Below the pieces are notes generated by a model. That model did not search any database. It was not told where the DNA came from and worked only from the letters and a program-made list of their open reading frames with translations. From an uncultured Ruminococcus sp. (lineage in GTDB: Bacteria; Bacillota; Clostridia; Oscillospirales; CAG-382), in contig CACYCI010000004.1 in NCBI GenBank assembly GCA_902772845.1, positions 908 to 64,907 on the forward strand: 64,000 nucleotides of DNA, given 5' to 3'. The position numbers were made by a program, and so were the translations under genes. How positions within the stretch are numbered: the first letter of the stretch is position 1; every line of letters begins with the position of its first letter. Shown piece after piece: positions 51,873-61,185 of this stretch.

Positions 51873-54566
51873 ATGGAAACAAATGTCAACGCCGTTTCGA
51901 CCGGCAAACGCGTAAAGAAGGCGGGCGCGGTGACGCGTCTTATCGCCAGGTCAGCGCTGTGGTATCCGCTGAAAGTGGCGCTTCTGGTGCTGTGGAAGGT
52001 GTTTACCTGGATAATAAACATTCTGCTTACCGTGCTGCTTATAGGTATGATAACCGGCACGGTGGTCGCGTGCGCCTTTTTGCTCTATATCAAGACGAAC
52101 ATCAACGCCGAATACCACGGGCTGGATAATCTTCGTTTCGATTCTTCCATGAACACCACGCTCTATTATACCGACAGATCCGGCAACGAGATACTTATGG
52201 AAAACGAAACGCTGCACGGCAGCGAAAACCGCATGTGGGTGAACTATTCCGATATCCCGCAAGACCTTATAGACGCCGTGGTCGCCATAGAAGACCAGCG
52301 CTTTTTCCAGCACAACGGCGTGGACTACAAGCGCACGGCGGGCGCGGTGCTCAAATTCTTCCTGCCCGGGGGCGGTCAGTACGGCGGCAGCTCTATTACG
52401 CAGCAGCTCATAAAGAACGTTTCCGGCGAAGACGACGTTACCATACAGCGCAAGGTGCAGGAAATATTCCGCGCCATATACGTCACCAAGCAGTTCGGCA
52501 AGGAAGAGATACTCGAAATGTATCTTAATGTTATATTCCTTTCGCAGAACGCCACCGGCGTTCAGGCGGCGGCGAACGCATATTTCGGCAAGGACGTGAA
52601 AGATCTTACGCTTGTGGAATGCGCGGCGCTGGCGGCGATCCCCAAATACCCCACTTATTACGACCCCATACGCAACCCCGACAACAATCTGCAGCGCCGC
52701 AACGTGATAATTGCGGAAATGCTGCGCCAGGGATATATCACGCAGGAGGAATACGATACCGCCTATAACGTGCCGCTTTACCTGAACACTTCCGGCCGCA
52801 AGACCGCCGAGGACGCAGGAACGATCCATTCGTATTACGTCGACACCGTCATAGACGACGTGATAGACGCGCTGATGGAGCATTACAGCATAGACAAAGC
52901 CACCGCGAGCCGCAAGCTGTATTCGGGCGGTCTGCAAATTGTCATAAATATGGATTCTGACGTCCAGGCGACGCTTGAGGAAGTCTTCTGCGACGACAGC
53001 TGTTTCCCCGAAATGAGCGGCATCAAGCCGCAGGCGGCAATGGTCGTGGCGGATCCGGTCACCGGCGAGGTGCTGGGCATTGTGGGCGGCAGAGGCAGAA
53101 AGACCACCAACCGCGGCTATAACCTTGCCACCATGGCAAAACGGCAGTGCGGTTCCGCCATAAAGCCGCTTGCCGTGTACGGCTACGGCATAGACAGCGG
53201 CGTGATAACCTACGCGACTCCGCTTTCGGACACGCCGACAATAAACCAGTCAAAAGATAAATCCGGCAAGATAACGCAAAGTTACTGGCCGCCCAACTCG
53301 CCCGCCGGCTACGACGGACTTATGAGCATGGTCGACGGTATAAAGCATTCCAAAAACACTTTTGCAGTAAGACTAGCGCCCATGTGCGGCATAGAAAACC
53401 TTTTCCGCCACCTTGTGAACAACGTGGGCTTTACCACGCTTATAGAAAGCAAAAGCTACAACGGAGTTATAAAGACCGACATAGCGCTTTCGCCTATGGC
53501 GCTGGGCTCTTTTACACAAGGGGTTACCGTGCGCGAAATGACGCAGGGTTATACCATGTTCGGCAACCGCGGCAGCGTGAACAAGCTGCGGACGTTTTCA
53601 ATGATCCGCGACAGCAACGGCGAAATAATAATAGACAACCGCACGCCAAAGACGAACCAGGCGATATCCGAACAGTCCGCATATATAATGACGCGTCTGC
53701 TTTTGAACGTTGTGAACGAAGAGGGCGGCACCGGTTATAAGATGACCCACGGTCTGACAAAAGGCACCGTAGGCGGCAAAAAGGTCGCCGTCCCCGCGTT
53801 CAAGTACGTAGACAAAGTGGAAACGGGCGGCAAAACCGGTACCACCAACGACAACCGCGACAGATACTTTGTGGGCATAACTCCAAACTACGTCGCCGCC
53901 GTGTGGTTCGGCTACGAAAACAACAAATCGGTCGCCAAGTTCGAATACAACCCCGCGCTGCGCCTTTGGATAGAAGTTTTCAACCGCGTTTACGACAAGC
54001 TCGAATCTTCCGCACGCGCGTACAAGACCGAATTCGACGAGCCGTTCGGCATAATAAAAGTAAAATACTGCACGATAAGCGGCAAACTCCCCACCGACGC
54101 CTGCTATCACGATATAGAAACGGTCAACGGCGGCGAAAGCTGCGTGCGCACCGGCTATTTCACCATGGATTCCATGCCCACCGAATACTGCGACAAGCAC
54201 ATTATTTTCAGATGGGACACCTCCACCAAGGCGATCTGCGTCGACGGCTGCACCTGCCCCGCCGACAAAGTCATAGAAGTGGCGTTCCGCCTTATAGAGC
54301 CGCGCAAGTTCCCCACCAACCTTGTCGTGACCGATTCGCAGTACACCTGCGTGGACCCTTCGCTGATATACGAGGGCTACAAATATTCAAAGATAACCAC
54401 AAGACCGTATTATTTCAATATATACCAACCTTACGACAAGGATCAAAAGTCGGTCTGGCCGGGCAGATCTTCCAGATCCGATTCGTTCAAGCCTTTCAAT
54501 CGAGTGTGTATAGAGCATTACCATCCCGAGTTGACAAGTGAAAGTGAAGCATCAGATGGAAACTGA
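51873..54566 (+). CDS. Bifunctional class A penicillin-binding protein (glycosyltransferase/transpeptidase)
   Basis: The GT51 motifs are EDQRFFQHNGVD and GGSSITQQLIKN. The transpeptidase motifs are SAIK (SxxK), SKN and KTGTT. Confidence 0.93.
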   Translation: METNVNAVSTGKRVKKAGAVTRLIARSALWYPLKVALLVLWKVFTWIINILLTVLLIGMITGTVVACAFLLYIKTNINAEYHGLDNLRFDSSMNTTLYYTDRSGNEILMENETLHGSENRMWVNYSDIPQDLIDAVVAIEDQRFFQHNGVDYKRTAGAVLKFFLPGGGQYGGSSITQQLIKNVSGEDDVTIQRKVQEIFRAIYVTKQFGKEEILEMYLNVIFLSQNATGVQAAANAYFGKDVKDLTLVECAALAAIPKYPTYYDPIRNPDNNLQRRNVIIAEMLRQGYITQEEYDTAYNVPLYLNTSGRKTAEDAGTIHSYYVDTVIDDVIDALMEHYSIDKATASRKLYSGGLQIVINMDSDVQATLEEVFCDDSCFPEMSGIKPQAAMVVADPVTGEVLGIVGGRGRKTTNRGYNLATMAKRQCGSAIKPLAVYGYGIDSGVITYATPLSDTPTINQSKDKSGKITQSYWPPNSPAGYDGLMSMVDGIKHSKNTFAVRLAPMCGIENLFRHLVNNVGFTTLIESKSYNGVIKTDIALSPMALGSFTQGVTVREMTQGYTMFGNRGSVNKLRTFSMIRDSNGEIIIDNRTPKTNQAISEQSAYIMTRLLLNVVNEEGGTGYKMTHGLTKGTVGGKKVAVPAFKYVDKVETGGKTGTTNDNRDRYFVGITPNYVAAVWFGYENNKSVAKFEYNPALRLWIEVFNRVYDKLESSARAYKTEFDEPFGIIKVKYCTISGKLPTDACYHDIETVNGGESCVRTGYFTMDSMPTEYCDKHIIFRWDTSTKAICVDGCTCPADKVIEVAFRLIEPRKFPTNLVVTDSQYTCVDPSLIYEGYKYSKITTRPYYFNIYQPYDKDQKSVWPGRSSRSDSFKPFNRVCIEHYHPELTSESEASDGN

Positions 54567-57180
54567 AAAACTGCTCGTTCTTAAAAACGTCATCAAAGAC
54601 TATCTTTCCGGCGACAATACCGTCCACGCGCTAAAGGGCGTGGATATGGAGTTCGCCGCGTGCGAATTCGTTTCGGTGCTGGGGCCTTCGGGCTGCGGCA
54701 AAACAACGCTGCTGAACATCATCGGCGGGCTCGACCGCTATACGTCGGGTGAGCTCACCATACGCGGCAGGTCCACCGCCGAATACAAAGACCGCGACTG
54801 GGATTCCTACCGCAACCATACCATAGGTTTCGTGTTCCAGTCGTACAACCTTATTCCGCACCAGACGGTGCTGGAAAACGTTGAGCTGGCGCTTACGCTT
54901 TCGGGCGAAGGACGCGCCGAGCGCAAACGCAAAGCCCGCGCCGCGCTTGAAAAAGTGGGGCTGGGCGATCAGCTCGGCAAAAAGCCCAACCAGCTTTCCG
55001 GCGGACAGATGCAGCGCGTGGCGATAGCGCGCGCCATTGTGAACGACCCGGATATAATTCTCGCCGACGAGCCCACCGGCGCGCTCGATTCCGAAACGAG
55101 CGAAAGCGTGCTGGAAATACTGCGCGAGATATCGCGCACGCGGCTCGTGATAATGGTCACGCACAATTCCGAACTCGCCGAAAAATATTCCACACGCATT
55201 ATCCGCATGCTCGACGGCACCGTTCAGAGCGACATCCCCGTCGCGGCGCGGCAGGAACAGCCGGCAAAAAGCGAAGAAAAGCGCACGCAGACCGGCAAGA
55301 CTTCCATGTCGTTCTTGACCGCGCTTTCGCTTTCGTTCCGCAACCTGCTCACAAAAAAGGGCAGGACGCTGCTCACCTCTTTTGCAGGCAGCATAGGCAT
55401 TATAGGCATAGCGCTCATACTTGCGCTTTCAAACGGCATACAGCTGTATATCGACCGCGTGCAGGAAGACGCGCTTTCGGTAAACCCCATAATGCTGCAA
55501 GAGACCAACATGGATATGTCCGGGCTGATGGAAGCCATGTCTGGCACGGGAAAAGGCGCCCCGCACGAGCTCGACGCCGTGTATTCCGATATGTCCGGCG
55601 CGCGGCTGATAAATTCCATACTTTCGCAAGCCAAGAAAAACGATCTTGTTTCTTTTAAAAAGTTTTTGGAAACAGACGAGCGGCTGCAAAAATACGCTTC
55701 GTCGATCCAATACGGCTACGGCGTGAAAATGCACATTTATGCGCCGCACGGCAACGGATACTTAAAAGTCAATCCTTCGGATATAATGAAACAGATCTAC
55801 GGCGAAGAGATGGGCGATTCCGTTTCGCAAATGCTTTCGACATATTCTTCCGGCAACGTTTCGCTCTGGCGCGAAATGATCGACGACCCCGGGCTGCTCG
55901 ACGCGCAGTACGAAATAATAGGCAAATGGCCCGATTCGCCCGAGGAAGTCGTTCTGTTCATTAACAAGAACAACGAAATAAACGACCTTGTGCTGTACGC
56001 GCTGGGGCTTAAAGACCCTTCGGAGATAGGCGATATAATCCGTTCCGCCATGTCCGGCGAAAAGCTCGACACCGAGCAGGTGCGGCTGACTTACGAAGAA
56101 GTGCTGAATATGCGCTTTCGCCTGCTGCCCAACACCGAATACTTTGCCAAAGCGCGCACGGCGGGCGATTACGACATCTGGCAGAATATGTCCGAAGACG
56201 AAACGTACGTCGCTTCCCTGCTCGAAAGCGACCGCGCCATAGAGCTTAAAATAGTGGGCGTTGCGCGCCCGCGTGAAAACACCGTGGGCGGTTCCAACAC
56301 CGGGAGCATCGGCTACACGGCGGCGCTTTCACGGCTCGTCATGGACCGGATCAACGGTTCGCAGATAGTAAAGCAGCAGCTGGCGGATCCCACGCGCAGC
56401 GTGCTGACCGGCATGAAATTCGCCACCGGCGAAGTGACTATGGAAACGGTAAAAGCGTATATTGCGCTGCTGCCCGAAGAACAGCGTGCGCTTTTTGAAA
56501 TGTACCTTTCGCAAATGAGCGAAGAGCAGCTGCTGAAGATGTTTTCCGATCTGGTCAAGGGCGGCGTGACTTACGAAGACGTGTGCGAAACGCTGGGGAT
56601 CGTCGACTACGATTCGCCTTCCGTTATAAATATATACGCTTCCACTTTTGAAGCAAAAGACAAGATCGCCGATATAATAGCGGAATACAACGCCGAACAC
56701 GAAGAAGACGGAAAAGCCATAAAATATACCGATTACGTCGCGCTCATAATGTCTTCGGTTTCGAATATAGTTCGGTTCGTATCGTACGCGCTGATAGTTT
56801 TCGTTTCGATATCGCTCGTGGTGTCTTCCATAATGATAGGTGTCATAACCTATATCTCGGTGCTCGAACGCACCAAAGAAATAGGCATCCTGCGCGCGAT
56901 GGGCGCTCGCAAGCGCGACATTTCACGCGTGTTCAACGCCGAAACGCTGATCATAGGCCTGGTTTCGGGCGTGATGGGCATTTTGGTGACTCTGCTTCTG
57001 ATCCTTCCGCTGAACGCGATCATACGCTCGCTTTCGGGCATAGCGCATATCGCGCTGCTCCCCGTGGCGGGCGCGGTGACGCTTGTGATCATATCCATGG
57101 CGCTCACTCTTGTGGCGGGGCTTATCCCGGCGAGGATAGCTTCCAGAAAAGACCCTGTAATAGCACTTAGAACAGAATGA
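54556..57180 (+). CDS. MacB-type fused ABC ATPase/FtsX-permease
   Basis: The motifs GPSGCGKTT and [14 protein letters not shown] are present. It has a large extracytoplasmic domain and a C-terminal FtsX 4-TM region. The start could be ATG 54556 or GTG 54538. Confidence 0.88.
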   Translation: METEKLLVLKNVIKDYLSGDNTVHALKGVDMEFAACEFVSVLGPSGCGKTTLLNIIGGLDRYTSGELTIRGRSTAEYKDRDWDSYRNHTIGFVFQSYNLIPHQTVLENVELALTLSGEGRAERKRKARAALEKVGLGDQLGKKPNQLSGGQMQRVAIARAIVNDPDIILADEPTGALDSETSESVLEILREISRTRLVIMVTHNSELAEKYSTRIIRMLDGTVQSDIPVAARQEQPAKSEEKRTQTGKTSMSFLTALSLSFRNLLTKKGRTLLTSFAGSIGIIGIALILALSNGIQLYIDRVQEDALSVNPIMLQETNMDMSGLMEAMSGTGKGAPHELDAVYSDMSGARLINSILSQAKKNDLVSFKKFLETDERLQKYASSIQYGYGVKMHIYAPHGNGYLKVNPSDIMKQIYGEEMGDSVSQMLSTYSSGNVSLWREMIDDPGLLDAQYEIIGKWPDSPEEVVLFINKNNEINDLVLYALGLKDPSEIGDIIRSAMSGEKLDTEQVRLTYEEVLNMRFRLLPNTEYFAKARTAGDYDIWQNMSEDETYVASLLESDRAIELKIVGVARPRENTVGGSNTGSIGYTAALSRLVMDRINGSQIVKQQLADPTRSVLTGMKFATGEVTMETVKAYIALLPEEQRALFEMYLSQMSEEQLLKMFSDLVKGGVTYEDVCETLGIVDYDSPSVINIYASTFEAKDKIADIIAEYNAEHEEDGKAIKYTDYVALIMSSVSNIVRFVSYALIVFVSISLVVSSIMIGVITYISVLERTKEIGILRAMGARKRDISRVFNAETLIIGLVSGVMGILVTLLLILPLNAIIRSLSGIAHIALLPVAGAVTLVIISMALTLVAGLIPARIASRKDPVIALRTE

Positions 57181-57199
57181 CCCGAAAGGAGAAAACAAA

Positions 57200-58165
57200 A
57201 TGGAACAGTATATCCCTCTTATCGTTATCGGCGCGGTCGCCCTGTTTGCGATCCTGACCAACCTCAAGATCGTCCCGCAAGCAAACCAGTTCATAATAGA
57301 ACGCCTGGGCAAATACAAAAAGACCTGGGACGCCGGTCTGCACTTTTTGATCCCGTTTGTTGACCGCATAGCAAAGCGCGTTACTCTTAAAGAGCAGGTG
57401 CTCGACACTCCGCCCCAGCCCGTCATCACAAAGGACAACGTCACTATGCAGATAGACACCGTGGTGTACTACCGCGTTTTTGACGCCAAGCTTTACACCT
57501 ACGGCGCGCAGGACCCCGTTTTTGCCTTGGGCAATCTTACGACTACCACGCTGCGCAATATCATAGGCGCGCTCGATCTTGACGCCACGCTCACCTCACG
57601 CGATCAGATCAACGGCGAAATGACTTCCATACTCGACGAAGCCACCGACCAGTGGGGCATTAAGGTCAGCCGCGTGGAATTAAAGAACATCATGCCTCCG
57701 CAGGAGATCCGCGAAGCCATGGAAAAACAGATGAAAGCCGAACGCGACCGCCGCGAAACGCTGCTGCAGGCGGACGGCCACAAGCTGGCGGCGATAGCCC
57801 GCGCCGAAGGCGACAAGCAGGCGATGATCCTTGCGGCCGAAGGTGAACGCGACGCGCGCATAGCCCGCGCCGAAGGCGAAGCCAAAGCGGTACTTTTGGC
57901 AAAGCAGGCCGAAGCCGACGGTCTGCGCGCATTGCGTGAAGCCGGCGTTGACCCGGCAGTGCTGGAACTGAAGCGTTACGAAACGCTGGCAGCGCTGGCA
58001 AACGGAAGGGCAAGCAAGATAATAGTCCCCACCGATGCGGTGACCGCGGTCAAAAACAACGTGCTTTTTTCCGAAATGACAGGACTCGGCGACACCACTC
58101 CTCCGTCACCGGAAGAGCCCGTCCCCGAAAAAGACGATCCCTGCTGCGACAGATTCAAAAAATAG
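57200..58165 (+). CDS. SPFH/Band-7 (stomatin/prohibitin-like) protein
   Basis: It has an N-terminal TM segment and an SPFH core (..IVPQANQFIIERLGKY..ITKDNV.M.ID.VVYYRV..). An A/E-rich coiled-coil follows. Confidence 0.9.
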   Translation: MEQYIPLIVIGAVALFAILTNLKIVPQANQFIIERLGKYKKTWDAGLHFLIPFVDRIAKRVTLKEQVLDTPPQPVITKDNVTMQIDTVVYYRVFDAKLYTYGAQDPVFALGNLTTTTLRNIIGALDLDATLTSRDQINGEMTSILDEATDQWGIKVSRVELKNIMPPQEIREAMEKQMKAERDRRETLLQADGHKLAAIARAEGDKQAMILAAEGERDARIARAEGEAKAVLLAKQAEADGLRALREAGVDPAVLELKRYETLAALANGRASKIIVPTDAVTAVKNNVLFSEMTGLGDTTPPSPEEPVPEKDDPCCDRFKK

Positions 58166-58182
58166 CGCACACTCCGCCTAAA

Positions 58183-58216
58183 AAACACCGGCAGAAACGT
58201 TTTTCTGCCGGTGTTT
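58183..58216 (+). terminator. Rho-independent terminator ending the 25-kb plus-strand gene string
   Basis: The sequence is AAACACCGGCAGAAA-cgtt-TTTCTGCCGGTGTTT, a perfect 15-bp stem. Confidence 0.8.
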
Positions 58217-58240
58217 CAGCTAAAGTAATCAAAACCCCTA

Positions 58241-58268
58241 TTGACGTATTAAAAAATTGTGTTATAAT
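58241..58268 (+). promoter_or_regulatory. Sigma-A-type promoter TTGACG-16-TGtTATAAT
   Basis: The sequence is ttgacgtattaaaaaattgtgttataat, about 120 nt upstream of the GTG at 58392. Confidence 0.65.
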
Positions 58269-58325
58269 GGTAACAGGGCGTAGCGCATACGGTCGGCGCT
58301 TTGCATTTTACAAAAAGTCAAAAAA

Positions 58326-58352
58326 GGTCAAAGACAATCAAACGACACCGAT
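58326..58352 (+). promoter_or_regulatory. CtsR-operator-like heptad array AGTCAAA-AAA-GGTCAAA-GAC-AATCAAA
   Basis: The first 17 nt match the published CtsR consensus (A/G)GTCAAA-NAN-(A/G)GTCAAA exactly. A third heptad with one mismatch follows in the same 10-nt register. Confidence 0.55.
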
Positions 58353-58391
58353 CAAAACCATACAAACTTTATTTTAACAGGAGGTTTTATT

Positions 58392-59303
58392 GTGAAAAAA
58401 GCAATTATTGTAACACTCGCGATTTTCCTTTTGCTGTCTTTTTCAGGTTGTTCTAAAACGGCTGCCGATAACGGGGTCTCGGACGACGTAGTTAAAAGCG
58501 AGATCACAAAAGCGGCGGAATCCTTTGGGCTGAACGCCGACAAATTCGCTTTTGCCGAAGGCGAAGCGTGCGTTGACTTATCGGCGGCAAACGGCCAGCC
58601 CGAAGCCGGGACATGTGTTTCCATTATGCTGACAATACAAAAATGCCTTGCCGAAAACAGCAGAGAAGCCAAAAAAATAATCGTACGGCTGGCAAACGAC
58701 GGCATAGTCAAGGCGTATGATATGGAGCTTAAAGGCAGCACCGTCTGTCTGACCGTCCCTTCCGACGGACAGGACCGCTGCACCGCGGCGGACGTTGTGA
58801 ATTATATGGACGCCTTTGCGTACGTCGCTTACAATATGACAGGCGAAGAGCATGAGAAAGTCGACATAAAGCTTGTAAACGCTGACGGCGCCGCGATATA
58901 CGAAGACAGCGTCCGGTTTTCCAAAGCCGCAGAAAAAAGGACTCCCGCGCCGAACGCCGACCCTTCGACGCTCGCGGAACCTGTAAGCGCTGTCCTTCCG
59001 CTGGGGCTGGAGCTCAACGGCATTACGGTAGAAAATCACGCCGGAACGCCGGCGGTGGCGATCACGCTCAAATGCTCTGAACGCGGATCGGCTTCCGTCC
59101 AATATATCAACGACGTTTACAATGCGGTCGTCAGCAGATCTGTCGGCGAAATGAACATAGCCGCCTGCACGGTCGCAATTGAAGACGCAGTCACCGGCGA
59201 ACAGCTTATGTACTATTACGGCAACGATGACATAGACAAGATCGCAGCCTGGATATCGCCGGAGATCCTTGCCGCCTCCGGTCCCGCCGGCGCCGGCGAA
59301 TAA
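58392..59303 (+). CDS. Lipoprotein, unknown function
   Basis: The GTG start lies 7 nt after AGGAGG. The signal peptide plus lipobox is MKKAIIVTLAIFLLLSFSGC. Confidence 0.7.
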   Translation: MKKAIIVTLAIFLLLSFSGCSKTAADNGVSDDVVKSEITKAAESFGLNADKFAFAEGEACVDLSAANGQPEAGTCVSIMLTIQKCLAENSREAKKIIVRLANDGIVKAYDMELKGSTVCLTVPSDGQDRCTAADVVNYMDAFAYVAYNMTGEEHEKVDIKLVNADGAAIYEDSVRFSKAAEKRTPAPNADPSTLAEPVSAVLPLGLELNGITVENHAGTPAVAITLKCSERGSASVQYINDVYNAVVSRSVGEMNIAACTVAIEDAVTGEQLMYYYGNDDIDKIAAWISPEILAASGPAGAGE

Positions 59304-59340
59304 CGACCGCTATCCTTTGGCCCTTTGTCCTTAAACCCGA

Positions 59341-59384
59341 AAAAAAGAGAACAGTCTGAAGCTTTTCAGACTGTTCTTTTATTT
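59341..59384. terminator. Bidirectional rho-independent terminator
   Basis: The sequence is A-run-AGAACAGTCTGAA-gctt-TTCAGACTGTTCT-TTTaTTT, between convergent genes. Confidence 0.85.
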
Positions 59385-59416
59385 CTGCGGTTATTCTTGC
59401 CGCCCGGGCACACGCG

Positions 59417-60958
59417 TCAGTTGCTTTCGTATCTTTCGACTATTTCCGCAAGCTTGGCTTCCGCCGCGGGGATAGCGGACTGGAGCTGCTGGCTGAACTT
59501 ATCGGGCTGATCGAGCGAAAGCAGGTTTTCGAGCTCGGTTATCTGGTAAACGTTGGAAATATCGTAAAGGATGTTGCCGTAGATAATGTCGAGCATACGC
59601 TCGTCATCCACGGTGTTTGCGTCCTTGCCCTTGAGCGTGGCGTCATAATACGCCTTGGTAAGATAGTTCTTGCCGCCGACCGCCATAAGATCGAGCATAT
59701 ACGCCGAAAAGTTGGGATCTTCCACATTGACGGGGATGCACGCGCCGTAAGCGGCGCTGCTGCATCTGGTAAAATAGCCGTCCTGCTCTTTGTCGTACTT
59801 GGGCTGAGGTACCATGCCGAAAACGACGTCGTATTTTCTGAACTTTTTGATAGCGGAACCCAGCGCGCCGCAGAACAGCACCTGGTCTTCGCCGAACATC
59901 TGCACTACCTTGTCCCATTTGCCCGCCTGAACGGTGAATTCGCCCGCGGTAATGTTCCAGGAACGCTTTTCGCTGATGTAGCCGAGCACTTTGCTCGCCA
60001 CGTTGACCGACCTTTCGTCAGCGCCGATGGCAACTATGGGGTATCCGTCCGAATCCTTGGTGCAAAGCTTTTCACCGCTGGCAAAATAGAGCCCGGCGCC
60101 GGCGCCCACGGTGCCCCAGAAGTCGTTTTCGTCCATCACGCCGTCGTCGGTGAGCGGGTGCGTGACTTCCTTGCACATTTCGTAAAACTTGTCCATGGTC
60201 CATTCGCCGTTATCGACAAGTTCGTACAGACTTACGTCCGGGAAATAGCTGCTCATGAGCTTTTTGTTGAAAGCAAAGCCGCCCGTGACGATCTTTTGCA
60301 TAATGGAAATATCGCCGGTGGAAAAATAGATCTTATCGGCAATAGAAAGACTGTCGTTGGCGTTCTGATCCCACCAGGGAGCTTTGATATCGAGATATCC
60401 TTCAAAATCGCACAGATCCAAAAGGTTGCCGTCCTGCGCGAAAACGGCCGCGGAAGACATAAAAGGCATGGCGGCGTCGAAATTGGGCGTATCCGCAAGC
60501 GCGGTGCGCAAACTTTCGGCAACGTTATCCACGGCGACCGCTTTTATGGTTATGCCGTACTTGTCTTCGATCTCTTTGTTGCGGGTGTCCACCGCTTCCC
60601 TTATTTTGTCGTCGGTGGTCTCATAAAGCGATTCTACTTCTTCGCTGAAATACGTTGTCTGAACGTGGTTGCTGTAGACGAGCACGCGGAATTCTTTTCT
60701 TTCTTTCCACGCTTCGTCGAATTCGACCTGTTTTTTGTTGACGTATTTGCCGTCGGCGTCGCGGTATTCGTCCTCGAACCCGGCGGGTTCCGAAACGGGC
60801 TCGGAAGATACCGTCGCCTCGGACGCGGGTTCGGCAGAGCTTTCCGTTTCAGACGCGGGTCCTTTGGACGTTTCTGCGGGCGCGTTGCCGCCGCAGCTCG
60901 CCAGAAGCAGCGAAAGCAGCATCAGTGCGGCGCATATAAAAGACAAAGATCTTTTCAT
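59417..60958 (-). CDS. Extracellular solute-binding lipoprotein (ABC SBP family 1, large LplA-like type), no adjacent permeases
   Basis: The start is MKRSLSFICAALMLLSLLLASCGG (lipobox LLASC). A S/E/P-rich linker follows, then an SBP-like fold of about 450 aa. Confidence 0.8.
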   Translation of the reverse strand: MKRSLSFICAALMLLSLLLASCGGNAPAETSKGPASETESSAEPASEATVSSEPVSEPAGFEDEYRDADGKYVNKKQVEFDEAWKERKEFRVLVYSNHVQTTYFSEEVESLYETTDDKIREAVDTRNKEIEDKYGITIKAVAVDNVAESLRTALADTPNFDAAMPFMSSAAVFAQDGNLLDLCDFEGYLDIKAPWWDQNANDSLSIADKIYFSTGDISIMQKIVTGGFAFNKKLMSSYFPDVSLYELVDNGEWTMDKFYEMCKEVTHPLTDDGVMDENDFWGTVGAGAGLYFASGEKLCTKDSDGYPIVAIGADERSVNVASKVLGYISEKRSWNITAGEFTVQAGKWDKVVQMFGEDQVLFCGALGSAIKKFRKYDVVFGMVPQPKYDKEQDGYFTRCSSAAYGACIPVNVEDPNFSAYMLDLMAVGGKNYLTKAYYDATLKGKDANTVDDERMLDIIYGNILYDISNVYQITELENLLSLDQPDKFSQQLQSAIPAAEAKLAEIVERYESN

Positions 60959-60991
60959 AATGATTTCCATCCTTTAATTATTCTTTTCTGA

Positions 60992-61020
60992 ATTTTACCA
61001 TACGGCGGGCGATATGTCAA
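60992..61020 (-). promoter_or_regulatory. Sigma-A-type promoter TTGACA-17-TGgTAAAAT for the SBP gene
   Basis: The minus strand reads TTGACAtatcgcccgccgtaTGGTAAAAT. Confidence 0.65.
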
Positions 61021-61112
61021 TCCAAAAGCGCGTGCGGACACCAAAAAGCGCCAAAAAAGACACTCCGCACAGCGCTTCTGCCTTTGCGGGCGCGGAAAAA
61101 GCGCGGGGCGGC

Positions 61113-61141
61113 TTGACATTGCGCGCCTCGTTTGCTAAAAT
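61113..61141 (+). promoter_or_regulatory. Sigma-A-type promoter TTGACA-17-TGcTAAAAT for the glycyl-radical enzyme operon
   Basis: The sequence is ttgacattgcgcgcctcgtttgctaaaat, about 45 nt upstream of ATG 61186. Confidence 0.65.
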
Positions 61142-61185
61142 AGCGTTGGATAAAAGACACCGCGCAAAGGAGAACGCTTGAACAA

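Noticed and set aside
60981-60995. A CodY-box-like sequence TCTTTTCTGAATTTT overlapping the SBP promoter -10.
   Set aside because: It has four mismatches to AATTTTCWGAAAATT in an AT-rich stretch. That is too weak to distinguish from chance.
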